Source: Nannocystales bacterium (lineage in GTDB: Bacteria > Myxococcota_A > Polyangia > Nannocystales > Nannocystaceae). Taken from it: 64,000 nt of DNA. Below are positions 19,035 through 29,619 of the stretch, in pieces (position 1 is the first letter of the stretch; every line of letters begins with the position of its first letter). The DNA lies in contig JBOEGF010000009.1 in NCBI GenBank assembly GCA_050633305.1, positions 228,573 to 292,572 on the forward strand, written 5' to 3'. A program made the position numbers and the translations under genes. The notes under the pieces were generated by a model. The model had not been told where the DNA came from. It did no database searches and saw only the letters and a list, made by a program, of their open reading frames with translations.

Positions 19035-20612
19035 ATGTCGTCTCCTTGGAAAACCATCGCCGCACGCAGCGTTGTCGGCGCCGGGCTGCTCGCCGCAGCG
19101 TTGTTCGGTGCGTCCAAGACCGCCGAGGCTGACCTTCCAGGCCTCGACTCACAGACCCCACAGGCCCTCAGCCCGCTGCACTATCGCTGGATCCCCCGAG
19201 CCGTCGAGTTAGACGCTTCGCCGGGTGACGGTGCGCTCGCCCGTCGATTCTCGGGCTTGGCCGTTCACCTCGAACGTACCTCGCCTGCAACGCTCGATCC
19301 GGTCGTCCAGGCCCAGCTCGACGGAATCGTCACGCGTGCCTCTCGAAGGGCGGACCTTGCGGTCCATGCCCGGGACCTCCGCACCGGGGCGGTGATGTAC
19401 GACCACGGTGGGGACACTCTGCTCAATCCGGCGAGCAACCAAAAGGTGCTCACGGCCGCAGTCGCGCTGGACCTGCTCGGTCCCGAGTACACGTTTGAGA
19501 CTCAGGTGTTCCGTGCGGGTCGAGACCTGATCCTTCGGGGCCAGGGCGACCCTTCACTGGGTCGCGACGACCTCCAGGCGATGGCGGTGATCGTCGCCGA
19601 GCAGCTCAAGCTCGGTGACGTGGATCGTCTTGTGATCGACGACAGCGCGTTCGCGGAGCGCCGGTTCGGCCCCGGGTTCAGCGACGAGGGAACCAGCGCC
19701 GCGCACGAAGCTCCCAGCGGTGCGCTCGCGGTCGACTTCAGCACGATCGAGGTCCGGGTCGCACCCGCTGTGGGTTCGTCCGTCCCTTCGGTCGAAGTCG
19801 ACGCCGTTGGTGCGCACGTCGAGGTCCGGAACGAGGCAAGCGTGGGCCGACGTGGCGTCATCCTGGTTCGAACCTTCGCCGAGGGCGACAAGACCATCGT
19901 TGCGGTGCACGGCTCGATGAGCCGCAAGGCTCGTACGGTTGTGGTTCGGCGTCGGGTTCTCGATCCTGGGTTGCACGCTGGGACCGTGTTCGCGGCCCGG
20001 CTCGCCGAGCAGTGGGAAGCGGAGCCTTTGCCCGTGGTCCGCGGAACCCTCGGCCCTCAGGCGGAACCCATCATGGTCAACGACTCCGCCCCCTTGGCTG
20101 AGGTTCTCGACCGCGGGCTCGCCTACTCCAACAACTTCATCGCCGAGCAGGTTCTGCGCACCATGGCGTGGCGAGTCTTCGATGAGCCTGGAACCTGGGC
20201 TGGAGGGACCGAGATCGTGCAAGCCTACTGGGCCGGGCTGGGTCGAGCGGACGGGGTGGTCATCGAGAACGGGTCCGGCCTCACCCGTCGAGGACGGCTC
20301 ACGGCGGAGGGACTCGTGGACGTACTCGTCGCGGCCTCGCACGAGACGCCCGAACTGCTCGATGCGCTTCCGGTGTCGGGCGAGCCTGGCACCCTTCGTG
20401 CCCGCCTGCGACGGGCCGACGGTCGCGTTCGGGCGAAGACCGGCACGCTCAACGGGGTCAGTGGCCTCTCCGGGGTTCTTACCGACGGCAGCGGGGATCC
20501 TGCGGTGGCATTCAGCATTCTGGTCAACGCAAAGTCGGCCGCCCATATGCCTGCGGCTGCGCGTCGGAGGGTCGAGGACCAAGTTGTCCTCGCTTTGCTC
20601 GCCCAGATCTAG
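19035..20612 (+). CDS. dacB: D-alanyl-D-alanine carboxypeptidase/endopeptidase (PBP4, peptidase S13)
   Basis: PASNQK (SxxK), SNN, KTG, GQGDPSL, NGSGL. Confidence 0.95.
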   Translation: MSSPWKTIAARSVVGAGLLAAALFGASKTAEADLPGLDSQTPQALSPLHYRWIPRAVELDASPGDGALARRFSGLAVHLERTSPATLDPVVQAQLDGIVTRASRRADLAVHARDLRTGAVMYDHGGDTLLNPASNQKVLTAAVALDLLGPEYTFETQVFRAGRDLILRGQGDPSLGRDDLQAMAVIVAEQLKLGDVDRLVIDDSAFAERRFGPGFSDEGTSAAHEAPSGALAVDFSTIEVRVAPAVGSSVPSVEVDAVGAHVEVRNEASVGRRGVILVRTFAEGDKTIVAVHGSMSRKARTVVVRRRVLDPGLHAGTVFAARLAEQWEAEPLPVVRGTLGPQAEPIMVNDSAPLAEVLDRGLAYSNNFIAEQVLRTMAWRVFDEPGTWAGGTEIVQAYWAGLGRADGVVIENGSGLTRRGRLTAEGLVDVLVAASHETPELLDALPVSGEPGTLRARLRRADGRVRAKTGTLNGVSGLSGVLTDGSGDPAVAFSILVNAKSAAHMPAAARRRVEDQVVLALLAQI

Positions 20613-20716
20613 GGACGCCCCGAGTGCGCTGGAACCGGAGTCTGGTGGAGTTCTCACCGCACCGGAAGCCGCGCGTGCTTGTCTCGCCGGGGCAGGCAGC
20701 GCGCTCAGAGAGCCGT

Positions 20717-21145
20717 TCAGATACGGGCGGGAGAGTCCGCGACGGTTTCGGGCCCGTGGGTGAGTACGCGATGGATTTTGGAGCGGAGCGCCTTCTCGTC
20801 GAACGGTTTCGCGAGGTAGGCCACCGCTCCGTTGCGCAGGCCCCAGTAGCGGTCGTGCTCCCGCGATAGATCTGTCACGAACACAACGGCGGTCTTCGTC
20901 TTCGACTCGACAGCCAGGCGCCGCAGCAACGTGAGGCCGCTGAGGCCGTCGAGCAAGATCTCAGAGATCAGCAGCTGTGGCTTGTGCTCGCTGCATGCCG
21001 CGAAGGCCGAAGTCCCGGAGCTGGCCTCGTGAATCTTCACGTCCATCTCCAGCTTGGCGCCGACCTCGGTCACCAACGCCACGAGCTGCTCCCGGGTGGC
21101 GACGTCGGGCTCGGCGATGACGACGTGGGTCGAAGCGTTGGACAT
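20717..21145 (-). CDS. Single-domain response regulator receiver (atypical, Glu at the phospho-acceptor position)
   Basis: Receiver fold pattern VVIAEPD / LLISEILLDGLSG / VVFVT / GAVAYLAKPF. Confidence 0.85.
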   Translation of the reverse strand: MSNASTHVVIAEPDVATREQLVALVTEVGAKLEMDVKIHEASSGTSAFAACSEHKPQLLISEILLDGLSGLTLLRRLAVESKTKTAVVFVTDLSREHDRYWGLRNGAVAYLAKPFDEKALRSKIHRVLTHGPETVADSPARI

Positions 21146-21169
21146 GAATGACCTCAAGAACGGTTCGGG

Positions 21170-22513
21170 CTAGTTCGGCCCGGTGGTGACTGGCGCGCGG
21201 CGGCGGTGGACGAGTCGGGCGCGAGCGAGGCGATACAAGATGGAGGCCACCGCGAACGTGCCCGTCCGCGTCTTGCGGGCCACGTCCTTGACGCTGTTGC
21301 GGCCGTTGAGGTTTTCGAGGATGCCCAGCTCTTCGCGTGCGAACCCGTTGCGGCCCACCCGGGCGACCTCCGGGTCGTTCCGGACGTAGACCTCGTCGAC
21401 GTGCGGCATGTGGGGCCCCATCTCGGCGCGGCTCGCCTCGCGACGCAGCGCTTCGAGCAGAGCATCGGAGATTCGCAGCTCGGCCCGGCCGGCGGCAGCT
21501 TTGGCCAAGGGGTGGAGCTCATCGAGCACCGCGAAGGACGCCCGCCCCGAGGACCATCCACTGACGTGGCAGACGATCTCGATCGCCTGATTGATGAGGA
21601 CGCGGGCGAGTTCGCCGCGGCGGAGGTGGCCCTCTTCGAGCAGTCGCTCGCCCAAGAGTTTGCCTTGGGGGTTGGCGGACGTGGCGACGCTTTCCAAGGT
21701 CTCGTCCGAGAGAAAGCCTGCCTCGACCACGAAACGACCCAGCCGCAGGTCTTCATCCGCGGCTCCGGTGATCTCGGCCATACGGACCCGGCCGCGGTCG
21801 AGGTGAAGCCGGCACACGGCGGCGCCTTGGGTGAGTTCGAGAACGCCTCGAGCCGCCTCATCCTCGAGCATGGCGAGGAGGGACTCGAGTCGGGTGTTGT
21901 CGAGATGTGCGGTGAGGGAGACGCCGGGCTCCGGGGTGGGAAGCTGCGACAACGCGACGAGCGAGGACTGCAGGCCCCGGAGTTGTTCCGGGCTGAGGGT
22001 GACATCCGGCAAGTGTTGCTGGAGTGTCTCGACGAGTCGGGTGATCGCCTCTTCGCCGGTCCGCTGCGCGATCTCGGGCGCCGGGGGCGGCGTCGCTTCC
22101 ACCGCCTCACGCAGGGCCTTGAGCAAGGCTGGAGTCGTGAACGGCCGACGCAGGGACGGCAGACCCTCCGACCCAGGGAAGGGGGTCGGGTTTGCGCGGC
22201 TGACCAGGAGGACGCCGGGGAGCTCGGACGCACCTGGCACTTGGATCAGGGCCTTGAGGACCGAGGCCGAGAGCGCGGGCGAGCTTGCGGTATCCAGCAA
22301 CAACACGTCGATCGTCGCGCTGCCGCCAGGACCGTGTGCCTGGCAGTGTTCGACTGCTTCGGTCTTGTTGCCGGCCGTGTAGACCGAGTAGCCGGCGAGC
22401 CGGAGGCCGGCTGTTGCCAGCCGGGCCGTGGTGGGGTTCGGGTCGAAGTACAGAACGCCGGGCGCGGTGTTTCCGCTGGCGTCGGTCGATCCCGTGTTAG
22501 CCGAGTCCGTCAT
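21170..22513 (-). CDS. Receiver-like + DUF4388 (PATAN-like) domain protein
   Basis: N-terminal degenerate receiver (VLYFD, LLLD, RRPF), followed by GVLEL, LDRGRV, RLGRFVVEAG, LLGERLL, W.SG..SF and a C-terminal wHTH-like segment. Confidence 0.8.
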   Translation of the reverse strand: MTDSANTGSTDASGNTAPGVLYFDPNPTTARLATAGLRLAGYSVYTAGNKTEAVEHCQAHGPGGSATIDVLLLDTASSPALSASVLKALIQVPGASELPGVLLVSRANPTPFPGSEGLPSLRRPFTTPALLKALREAVEATPPPAPEIAQRTGEEAITRLVETLQQHLPDVTLSPEQLRGLQSSLVALSQLPTPEPGVSLTAHLDNTRLESLLAMLEDEAARGVLELTQGAAVCRLHLDRGRVRMAEITGAADEDLRLGRFVVEAGFLSDETLESVATSANPQGKLLGERLLEEGHLRRGELARVLINQAIEIVCHVSGWSSGRASFAVLDELHPLAKAAAGRAELRISDALLEALRREASRAEMGPHMPHVDEVYVRNDPEVARVGRNGFAREELGILENLNGRNSVKDVARKTRTGTFAVASILYRLARARLVHRRRAPVTTGPN

Positions 22514-22611
22514 GTCGGTTCGTTCAGGTGCGAGGCCCGCGAGCGGACGCGGGGGCGGACGACGGCCGCAAGCATACTCGTTTCGACGTCGTCCGTGGTA
22601 GCGTTCGCGCC

Positions 22612-25197
22612 ATGGTGATGGAGTCGCTGCAGCGGCTCGATCCGCCTCGGCGGCTTGGGAAACTGACCTTGCTGGCCCGCCTCGGTGAGGGGGGCATGGC
22701 GAGTGTCTACGTGGCCACGGTCGGCGACGGTCCATTGGCACGTCTCGCCGCGGTGAAACTCCTGCGGGCCGGCGTCCCAGACATGGACTACCGGGGGCGG
22801 TTCGAGGATGAGGCGAAGGTCGTTGTACGCCTTCACCACAACAACATCGTGGATGTGCGAGAGGCCGGCGATGTCGACGACCAGCTCTACATCCTGATGG
22901 AGCTGATCGAAGGGCGCGACCTCTCCGACGTGTGGGATCGCTGCGCGGAGCGGGGAAAGGCGTTCCCGATCCCGATCGCGGTGCACATGTTGCGGGAGAT
23001 CCTCCGGGGTCTGCACTACGCGCACACGTTTCCCGGTCTTGCGCTCGTTCACCGGGACATCTCTCCGTCCAACATCCTGATCGACTGGGCCGGGGCGGTT
23101 CGGTTGGCCGATTTTGGCCTGGCCACGTCCGCGATGAAGGCCTCGATGACGGTCCCCGGCGTCGTGTTCGGCAAGGTCGGCTACATGGCGCCCGAGCAAG
23201 CGCTCAGCGAAGAACTCGATGGGCGCGCCGATGTTTACAGCTGCGGCGTCGTGCTCTGGGAACTCATCACCGGGCGTCCGCTACGGGGCGCAGGCATCGA
23301 CACGCAAGCCGTCGCGGACTGGAAGGCGGCGCGGCCCAGCGCGCTGTCGAAGCGGGTGGACGGAGACCTCGACGCGATCGTCCACCGCGCGCTGAGCAAC
23401 GACCGACGGGGGCGGTACGAGACCGCGGAGGCGTTCCTCCAGGCCCTCACGCAGTGGCTGGCGACGAACGCCCCCGAGACCACCCAGGAGACGGTGGCTG
23501 CGTTCATGCTGCGGCTGTTCGGGGAAGCCCGAGAAAAAGACCACGCCGCGTACTCGGCCCTGCTCGAGCACGCGCCTCGGACCGCGGAGTTCAGGCGGGG
23601 AACTCGCTCCACGCGAGACCTGGTGCCGCCCACCTACGTGGAGAAGATCCCGCCCGGCACCGAGCTTGCCGAGCGCTATCGGGTCGAGCGAACGCTGGGA
23701 CGCGGCGGGATGGGTGTGGTCTACCTCGCGGAACACATCGGCGTCGGACGCCAAGTCGCCGTCAAGGTCTTGACCCACGACTGGAGTCGGCACGAGGTGG
23801 TGGCGCGTCGGTTCAAAGAAGAAGCGCGTGCCGCCAACGCCGCGAACCACCCCAACATCGTCGAGGTCTACGACGCGGGACGGCTGGACGATGGTCGCCT
23901 GTACATGGCGATGGAGTACCTGACCGGCCGTTCGCTGTACGAGGAGATCTGCGAGGTTGGCCCGCTGTCCCCTCTTCGCACCTGCGAGGTCATGGGCGCC
24001 GTTGCGGACGCCATCGGGGCTGCGCACCACGTCGGCATCGTGCACCGCGATCTCAAGCCGGACAACGTCATGCTGGTGCCCGAGGACGACGGGTACCGGG
24101 TCAAGGTGTTGGACTTCGGCATCTCCGCCAGCGCGGTTCGTAGCGCCGAGGAGCAGCGGCTCACGCGTCCGGGGCACTGCGTCGGGACCCCGGAGTACAT
24201 GGCGCCCGAGCAGGCAAAGGGGCACGACCCCACGCCCCGGTTCGATGTCTACGCGCTCGGCGTGATGATCTACGAGGCGCTGTGTGGCGATCCGCCGTTC
24301 ATCTCCGAGAACATGGTCGAGGTCCTCACGCGCAAGGCGACCGAGCCCCCGCCGCCACTGGCGGAGCGTGTAAAGGGGTTGCCGGCGGCGTTGGTGCAGT
24401 TGTGTCACGCATGCATCGAGGTCGATCCCCAGCGACGGCCCAAGAGCGCAGATGATGTGGCGCAGGCGCTGCAGAGTATTGGCGCCTCGCTGCAGAGCGG
24501 GACCCCGCTTCCGACGGCCGCCACGACCGAGGTCGACATGGTCGTGCGGCCGTCCAAACCCGCGGTCTCGGAGTCCGTTCCGGCCGCGAGGCGGCGCCGG
24601 CTTTGGGTGGGCGCCGCGGCCTTGATCGCCGTGATTGGCGTTGGGCTCAGCGCATGGCAGTTGTCCGTTGCGAGGGCCAGGAGGAGCGACGACTCCATTG
24701 CCGCCGCATCGTCGAGCCCGGGCTCCGCACCCGTGCCGCCCGCGCAGTCCCAGCTGCCCCCGGAGGTCGAGGAAAAACCGAAGGCGGTCGAGGTGCCCTC
24801 GGACCCGCGACCGAGCCAGCCGGAGCCCGAGCCGGAGCCCGAGTCCGAGTCCGACGCAGCTCCCGAGTCCGAGTCCGAAGCAGCTCCCGAGCTCGCTCCC
24901 GATTCCGAGCCGGAGCCCGAATCCAAGCCCGCCGCTCGGAAGACCCCTGCTGCGCAGACCCGTGCGTGCGCGCAGACGAGGGCCGAGGCCCTCGGCGCGT
25001 TGAAGCGGGCCGATCACCGCACGGCGTACAAGCAGTCCAAGCCCAAGAAGTGCTGGAAGGGACACCAGCGAGACCGGACCCGGGTGTTCGTCGAGGCCGC
25101 GTTCCAGCTCGGCAAGTACGCCGAGTGTGTGAAGGCCGGAGAGCGCTCCAAGGACCCGAAAGTGAAACGGACCGTCGCGACATGTCGACTCAAATAG
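22612..25197 (+). CDS. Membrane Ser/Thr protein kinase with two tandem kinase domains
   Basis: Domain 1: GEGGMASVY/AAVK/HRDISPSN/DFG/YMAPE. Domain 2: GRGGMGVVY/VAVK/HRDLKPDN/DFG/GTPEYMAPE. Then a TM helix, a P/E linker and a 4-Cys C-terminal domain. Confidence 0.95.
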   Translation: MVMESLQRLDPPRRLGKLTLLARLGEGGMASVYVATVGDGPLARLAAVKLLRAGVPDMDYRGRFEDEAKVVVRLHHNNIVDVREAGDVDDQLYILMELIEGRDLSDVWDRCAERGKAFPIPIAVHMLREILRGLHYAHTFPGLALVHRDISPSNILIDWAGAVRLADFGLATSAMKASMTVPGVVFGKVGYMAPEQALSEELDGRADVYSCGVVLWELITGRPLRGAGIDTQAVADWKAARPSALSKRVDGDLDAIVHRALSNDRRGRYETAEAFLQALTQWLATNAPETTQETVAAFMLRLFGEAREKDHAAYSALLEHAPRTAEFRRGTRSTRDLVPPTYVEKIPPGTELAERYRVERTLGRGGMGVVYLAEHIGVGRQVAVKVLTHDWSRHEVVARRFKEEARAANAANHPNIVEVYDAGRLDDGRLYMAMEYLTGRSLYEEICEVGPLSPLRTCEVMGAVADAIGAAHHVGIVHRDLKPDNVMLVPEDDGYRVKVLDFGISASAVRSAEEQRLTRPGHCVGTPEYMAPEQAKGHDPTPRFDVYALGVMIYEALCGDPPFISENMVEVLTRKATEPPPPLAERVKGLPAALVQLCHACIEVDPQRRPKSADDVAQALQSIGASLQSGTPLPTAATTEVDMVVRPSKPAVSESVPAARRRRLWVGAAALIAVIGVGLSAWQLSVARARRSDDSIAAASSSPGSAPVPPAQSQLPPEVEEKPKAVEVPSDPRPSQPEPEPEPESESDAAPESESEAAPELAPDSEPEPESKPAARKTPAAQTRACAQTRAEALGALKRADHRTAYKQSKPKKCWKGHQRDRTRVFVEAAFQLGKYAECVKAGERSKDPKVKRTVATCRLK

Positions 25198-25907
25198 CCG
25201 CCCTCTTGTTGGCCACGCTGACCGCCGGGGCTCCGGCTCGTGCCTCACTGGATGTTGACGCGAGCGCCCTCGGCGAGGCCGGTCCTGCGGTCGGCGAACG
25301 CCTCACCACTCGGGGAGAGCGGGTCCTGCGTGACGCCGACATCCTCCCGGGCACCGACCCGAGCGACGCGCTGATCTCGATCCGGCTCGACACCCTCCCG
25401 GACGCGGTTGGCTACCGCTATGCGTACACGGTCACGCGCGACGGCGAACTCGTCGAGGGGACGCGGGGCGCGGCCGAGTGTCGGCTGTGCAGTGAGGCCG
25501 AACTCACCGAGCAACTCGACGTGGCCATCACACGCCTGGCCGCTCGTCTTCAGCCTGTGGACACGCCGGAACCGTCCGAGCCCGTCGTCGCGCCGGCGCC
25601 TGTGGTCGTGCCCACACCGAGCAACACCGAGCCGGTCTGGAGGGTCGGCCCGATGGGGGGCACAGGCATCGTTCTGACCGGGGTGGGAGGGCTGGCGCTC
25701 GGGCTGGGTGCGGGGCTCGCGATCGCCGAGCCGGTGCTCGTTGAAGGCAACGCCGACCGCAGCGCCGCGGTGTCGGTCGCCGGACTTGCGGTCGCTGTGG
25801 CAGGCGTCGCGTTGGCCTCGACAGGGGTCGCGCTCATGCTCGTGGAGCGAAGTCGGAGCCGTCGCCGGACCCAAGCTCACTGGCAAGGCACGACGCTGTA
25901 CTTTTAG
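25182..25907 (+). CDS. Hypothetical exported protein with CxxC and C-terminal hydrophobic hairpin
   Basis: The ATG overlaps the kinase 3' end. Signal-like N-terminus, CRLC, two Gly-rich hydrophobic segments, C-terminal Phe. Confidence 0.7.
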   Translation: MSTQIAALLLATLTAGAPARASLDVDASALGEAGPAVGERLTTRGERVLRDADILPGTDPSDALISIRLDTLPDAVGYRYAYTVTRDGELVEGTRGAAECRLCSEAELTEQLDVAITRLAARLQPVDTPEPSEPVVAPAPVVVPTPSNTEPVWRVGPMGGTGIVLTGVGGLALGLGAGLAIAEPVLVEGNADRSAAVSVAGLAVAVAGVALASTGVALMLVERSRSRRRTQAHWQGTTLYF

Positions 25908-25944
25908 CCGTTGACGATACCGTCGGCCGTCGGCCCGTGCAGGG

Positions 25945-26718
25945 TCAGCCGCTGCAGTGCTCGACAAAAGCGCGGAAGATAGGCCCGCCGTCGGCCCAGC
26001 CCTTCGCGTCGGGGTCGCTCGCGACGCGGTTGGCCTCCAGCCATTCTGGGTGCCACTGCACGCCGACGACGAAGCGCCCCTCCTCGACGCGTTCCACGGC
26101 CTCGAGCACGCCGTCGGGCGCGACCGCCGTCACGGCGAAGCCTTTGGGCGGATCCTTGATCGACTGGTGGTGGATGCTGTTCACCCCGAGCGTCGTTGCG
26201 CCGCCGTACGCCGACGAGACCCAGCTGCCAGGGGTCACCGAAACCTCGTGCCCAAGCTGGTCATAGCGGTGCCAGTCTCGGTGCACCAAGGTGCCTTCGA
26301 TCTGGGTGTTGATGTCTTGCCACAGCGTTCCTTCGAACGCAGCCGTGATGACCTGGAGACCGCGGCAGATCCCGAGGACCGGGGTACTGGCAGCTTCGGC
26401 ACGCCGGATCAGATCGATCTCATACGCGTCGCGAATCACGTCGCCCGACCACTCGGGCTGCATCGGTGTTTCGCCATAGCTGGTGGGAGAGACGTCCGCA
26501 CCTCCGGTCAGGAGCAGGCCGTCGAGGTCCGTGGCCTGGGCCTCGATTGCCGCCGGGTCGTCCAGCTCGACCAGGATCACGGGGTGTCCCCCCGCGCGCC
26601 ACACGGCTTTGGCCATCCGGGACTCGACGTACTGAAGCGCCTTACCGCGAAAGAGGGCGCGGTCCGGATCCTCGTGCATGAAGTTACAGGAAACGCCGAT
26701 TCGGGGACGAGCACTCAT
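25945..26718 (-). CDS. Peptidase C26 / gamma-glutamyl-gamma-aminobutyrate hydrolase (PuuD-like) class I glutamine amidotransferase
   Basis: LLTGGADV, GICRGLQ, VNSIHHQ, GVQWHPE. Confidence 0.93.
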   Translation of the reverse strand: MSARPRIGVSCNFMHEDPDRALFRGKALQYVESRMAKAVWRAGGHPVILVELDDPAAIEAQATDLDGLLLTGGADVSPTSYGETPMQPEWSGDVIRDAYEIDLIRRAEAASTPVLGICRGLQVITAAFEGTLWQDINTQIEGTLVHRDWHRYDQLGHEVSVTPGSWVSSAYGGATTLGVNSIHHQSIKDPPKGFAVTAVAPDGVLEAVERVEEGRFVVGVQWHPEWLEANRVASDPDAKGWADGGPIFRAFVEHCSG

Positions 26719-27917
26719 GGGCGGAGAACAAACAGAGGAATTTCGATTTCGGGCTGAGACATGCCGCCGTGACTTCCGGGCATGACCATCGGGTCCAGGC
26801 CCGGAGGAGTATGGATCAGCGAGTACCCGTCCTTGCAGAGCAGAACGTAGTCGCCCAGTCGGCGGCGCAGCTCCGGGTGCGGCGTACCCGGTCCGAATGC
26901 GCCGGAGTCGAGCAAGAACTCGCCGGGGATGCAGGTGCACGCATCGCCCAGCTCTCGCTCGACGAGCTCCAAGAAGCGTTTCTCGTAGCGGGGGCGGACA
27001 AAGCAGTTGAGCTGTCGCTGGTCGCCCCCTGGGGCTGCGGCGAGGCAGTCCATGAAGCCCTCGAGGGTCGACACATCGATGCAACGCTCCGCATCGACAT
27101 CGACCAGCCCGTGATCGGCCAGGATGCAGATCGCGACGCTCTGCCCGGCGAGGCGCGACTCGAGGTCGGCCAGCGCCACGTCCAGCTCTTCGAAGTGGTG
27201 GGCGACCTCCTCGTGCCCGATGCCGTGTTCGTGGCACAGACCGTCGTATCGCGGCCAATACACGTAGCCAAAGCGTTTCTCCCCTGGCTTCTCCGTGGCG
27301 AAGCCTTCGACGGTGTCGACCATGCCGGGCAGGTCGAGGTAGGAGCGTCGGTCGGACCAACGGGTGCCCACCTGTCCAAAGGGGACTTCGGGAATGTCTC
27401 CGTAGGACAGGAGTCCCCGGTGCACCTGCATGGTCTCGACGTAGGAGGGAACCGCGTAGTACGAACGAAGGTCAAAGCCCTCTGGGAGCAAGGGGGAGCC
27501 GATGCGACTCGTCGTGCGTAGAACGGTCGAGAGCACGCCAAGGTCTGGAAGGTGCAGGTACCAGCTGAGAATTCCGTGCTCGGTGGGACTACAGCCGGTG
27601 TCGAACGTGGTCACGGCAGCGGCCGTCGTCGCCGGAAACACCGTCGTCAGCTGGCTGTGTGGGTGTCGGGCGAAGAAGCGCTTTCCCAGGCCGTTGTCGA
27701 GGTGACGCTGCAGCTGGTGCAGCCCCAATCCGTCGAGAACCATGTACAGAAGCGTGTCCACCTCGCGCAGCGGCGCAGGGTCCAGGCCCGCGAGCGGCGG
27801 ATGCGGAGATGTCCCGCCACGCGCACCGATGAGCGTGGCCATGAGGTTGACCGTCGACCCGCCGTCGTAGTCCGGGAGGACGTTTCCCGAAAGCAGCCCG
27901 TGCTCCACCCGAGGCAT
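26715..27917 (-). CDS. Alkaline phosphatase superfamily (nucleotide pyrophosphatase/phosphodiesterase-like) protein
   Basis: VLDGLG, TTVFPATT (Thr nucleophile), D..CH..G, ADHG, GSHGG. ATGA overlap with the downstream gene. Confidence 0.88.
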   Translation of the reverse strand: MPRVEHGLLSGNVLPDYDGGSTVNLMATLIGARGGTSPHPPLAGLDPAPLREVDTLLYMVLDGLGLHQLQRHLDNGLGKRFFARHPHSQLTTVFPATTAAAVTTFDTGCSPTEHGILSWYLHLPDLGVLSTVLRTTSRIGSPLLPEGFDLRSYYAVPSYVETMQVHRGLLSYGDIPEVPFGQVGTRWSDRRSYLDLPGMVDTVEGFATEKPGEKRFGYVYWPRYDGLCHEHGIGHEEVAHHFEELDVALADLESRLAGQSVAICILADHGLVDVDAERCIDVSTLEGFMDCLAAAPGGDQRQLNCFVRPRYEKRFLELVERELGDACTCIPGEFLLDSGAFGPGTPHPELRRRLGDYVLLCKDGYSLIHTPPGLDPMVMPGSHGGMSQPEIEIPLFVLRP

Positions 27918-28020
27918 CCCCAAGATCGTGGGGTACCCGGGCACATTTCGCCAGCCTTCCTCGTTCCCCGGGCGGCGCGGAACGCCCTCGCGAAAGCCTA
28001 AGGTGTTGAAATGAAGACGT

Positions 28021-29619
28021 TTAGTCCCTCGCAGACGAGGGGCGTCCACCCGCTGCGCGAACGAATGCCGCCGGGCTCGCGACAGCCCCGGTGAGGCGAG
28101 AAAGCGCGCCGAGGGGATCGCTTCGACCCTGCGGCGTCCACAGCGTACTCCTCAACGCGGACAGCGTGGCAGCGAGGCTGTGCGGGCCGTGGGCCCAGCG
28201 GTGTTCCGCGAGCGCGTCACCGAGTGGATAGGTCTCGTACCGGGCGGCGTACCCGTGCGGGTGCGCGAAGAGGTGCATGTGCGTGGCGACGGTGGCGTCG
28301 CGAGGGTCTCGGGGCGTGCCCTCGATCTGCTCGTAGACACGGCGAGCCCATGGGAGAGGGGAGCCGTCCGTGTTGGGGTTGAACTCGGTATGTAGCGCTC
28401 GGTCGGCGTAGGCGAGGGCGAGCTGTCGCAACGCCGGGCCTCCCCATCGCGCGCGCCGGGCTTCGGACAACACCCGTTGGTCGACCTCCTGCTCGGCGAG
28501 TTCAGCGACGGTCGGCGCATGCCAGGTGAACGGCTCGAGCATCGTCGAGGAGAACTCCAACGCGTTGGGCGCGAGGCGAAGGCCACCTGGAGCGGTGAGG
28601 GCCTCGGCGGCGTGGCCGACCTCGTGCAGGAGTGTGCGGAGACCTGCGAGGTCAAGCTCGCCGGGGAGCGAAGCGCAGATCGTGATCGCGGCCTGTGCGG
28701 CGAGGGGAACATGCGTCCATGCGCCGGGTCGCTTTCCGGGCCGCGGAGTGACGTCGAACTCGACGCGGGCGCTCGGAACCAGTCCTTGAAGGAGAGTACG
28801 TAGCTTCTCGACGACCACGTCCCGTCGAAGTGCGAGGCCAGGGGTGGGTTCGGCGGTGGTGTGGCGGTCCCAAGGTGCGGGAGAGCTGGGCGTCTTGGTG
28901 TGAGCGCGGGCGGCTTGTGCCATCGTCTCCAACCAACCGCTCGTGTGCTCGGGGCCGACCGCATCTCGCCGGACCCAGGCTGCGTAGTTCGGGAAACCGA
29001 GCAGCCGTGCTCTCTCTGCGCGGAGCCGGAGGATCTCGAGGGGGAGGTGGGCGGCCGCTGATGCGTGGTTATGGAAGGCGGCCCAGGTGTGCTCGCGTTG
29101 CTGGGTGCTGGTTTGTGCGCGCAGCCGAGCTCTCACGACGAGCGCGCTCGGCCCGGTCGCTGCGTGGTCGGAAAACGCTCGGGTCTGTTGTCGAAGCGCC
29201 CGGTCGAGCGCGGGCAGACGTCGGCGATGAGAGAGGTCGAGGCGGGCACCCGCGTCTTCGAAGTCGCGGCGAAGCTGCAGCCACTGGGGTCCTTCGGGTG
29301 CATCGCGCTCGAGGGTTCGCAGCAATGCCGGGTCGGCGAGCGTCTCGCTGAGAACCTCATCCACGACCTGCCGCGCGTCGCGAACCGCACGCGAGAGTTC
29401 CGCGGTTCCGCGGACGGAGGCTTCGTGCTCGGCTCCATCGACCGGCGCGAGCAGCCGGGTCCGAGCCGCAGCAAAGCCCGCCGCAAACCCGCGCGGGGCT
29501 CGGGCGAGCATCAGGGTCTCCTGCTCGAACCGGGCCTTCGCCGCCTCGATGGCGGCGGGCAGGCGCTGTACGAACTCGCTCAGGCCTTGGGCCCTGTCAT
29601 CTCGCGGGGCACGACCCAT
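28021..29619 (-). CDS. M3-family (oligopeptidase A-like) metallopeptidase, divergent and short
   Basis: [45 protein letters not shown]. Start uncertain; the candidate ATG overlaps the fumC end. Confidence 0.7.
   Translation of the reverse strand: MGRAPRDDRAQGLSEFVQRLPAAIEAAKARFEQETLMLARAPRGFAAGFAAARTRLLAPVDGAEHEASVRGTAELSRAVRDARQVVDEVLSETLADPALLRTLERDAPEGPQWLQLRRDFEDAGARLDLSHRRRLPALDRALRQQTRAFSDHAATGPSALVVRARLRAQTSTQQREHTWAAFHNHASAAAHLPLEILRLRAERARLLGFPNYAAWVRRDAVGPEHTSGWLETMAQAARAHTKTPSSPAPWDRHTTAEPTPGLALRRDVVVEKLRTLLQGLVPSARVEFDVTPRPGKRPGAWTHVPLAAQAAITICASLPGELDLAGLRTLLHEVGHAAEALTAPGGLRLAPNALEFSSTMLEPFTWHAPTVAELAEQEVDQRVLSEARRARWGGPALRQLALAYADRALHTEFNPNTDGSPLPWARRVYEQIEGTPRDPRDATVATHMHLFAHPHGYAARYETYPLGDALAEHRWAHGPHSLAATLSALRSTLWTPQGRSDPLGALSRLTGAVASPAAFVRAAGGRPSSARD

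Noticed and set aside
27985..28030. AT-richer patch (cctaaggtgttgaaatgaagacgtttag) as a possible attachment or recombination site
   Set aside because: It is a single copy with no integrase or tRNA nearby, and is more simply a promoter region.
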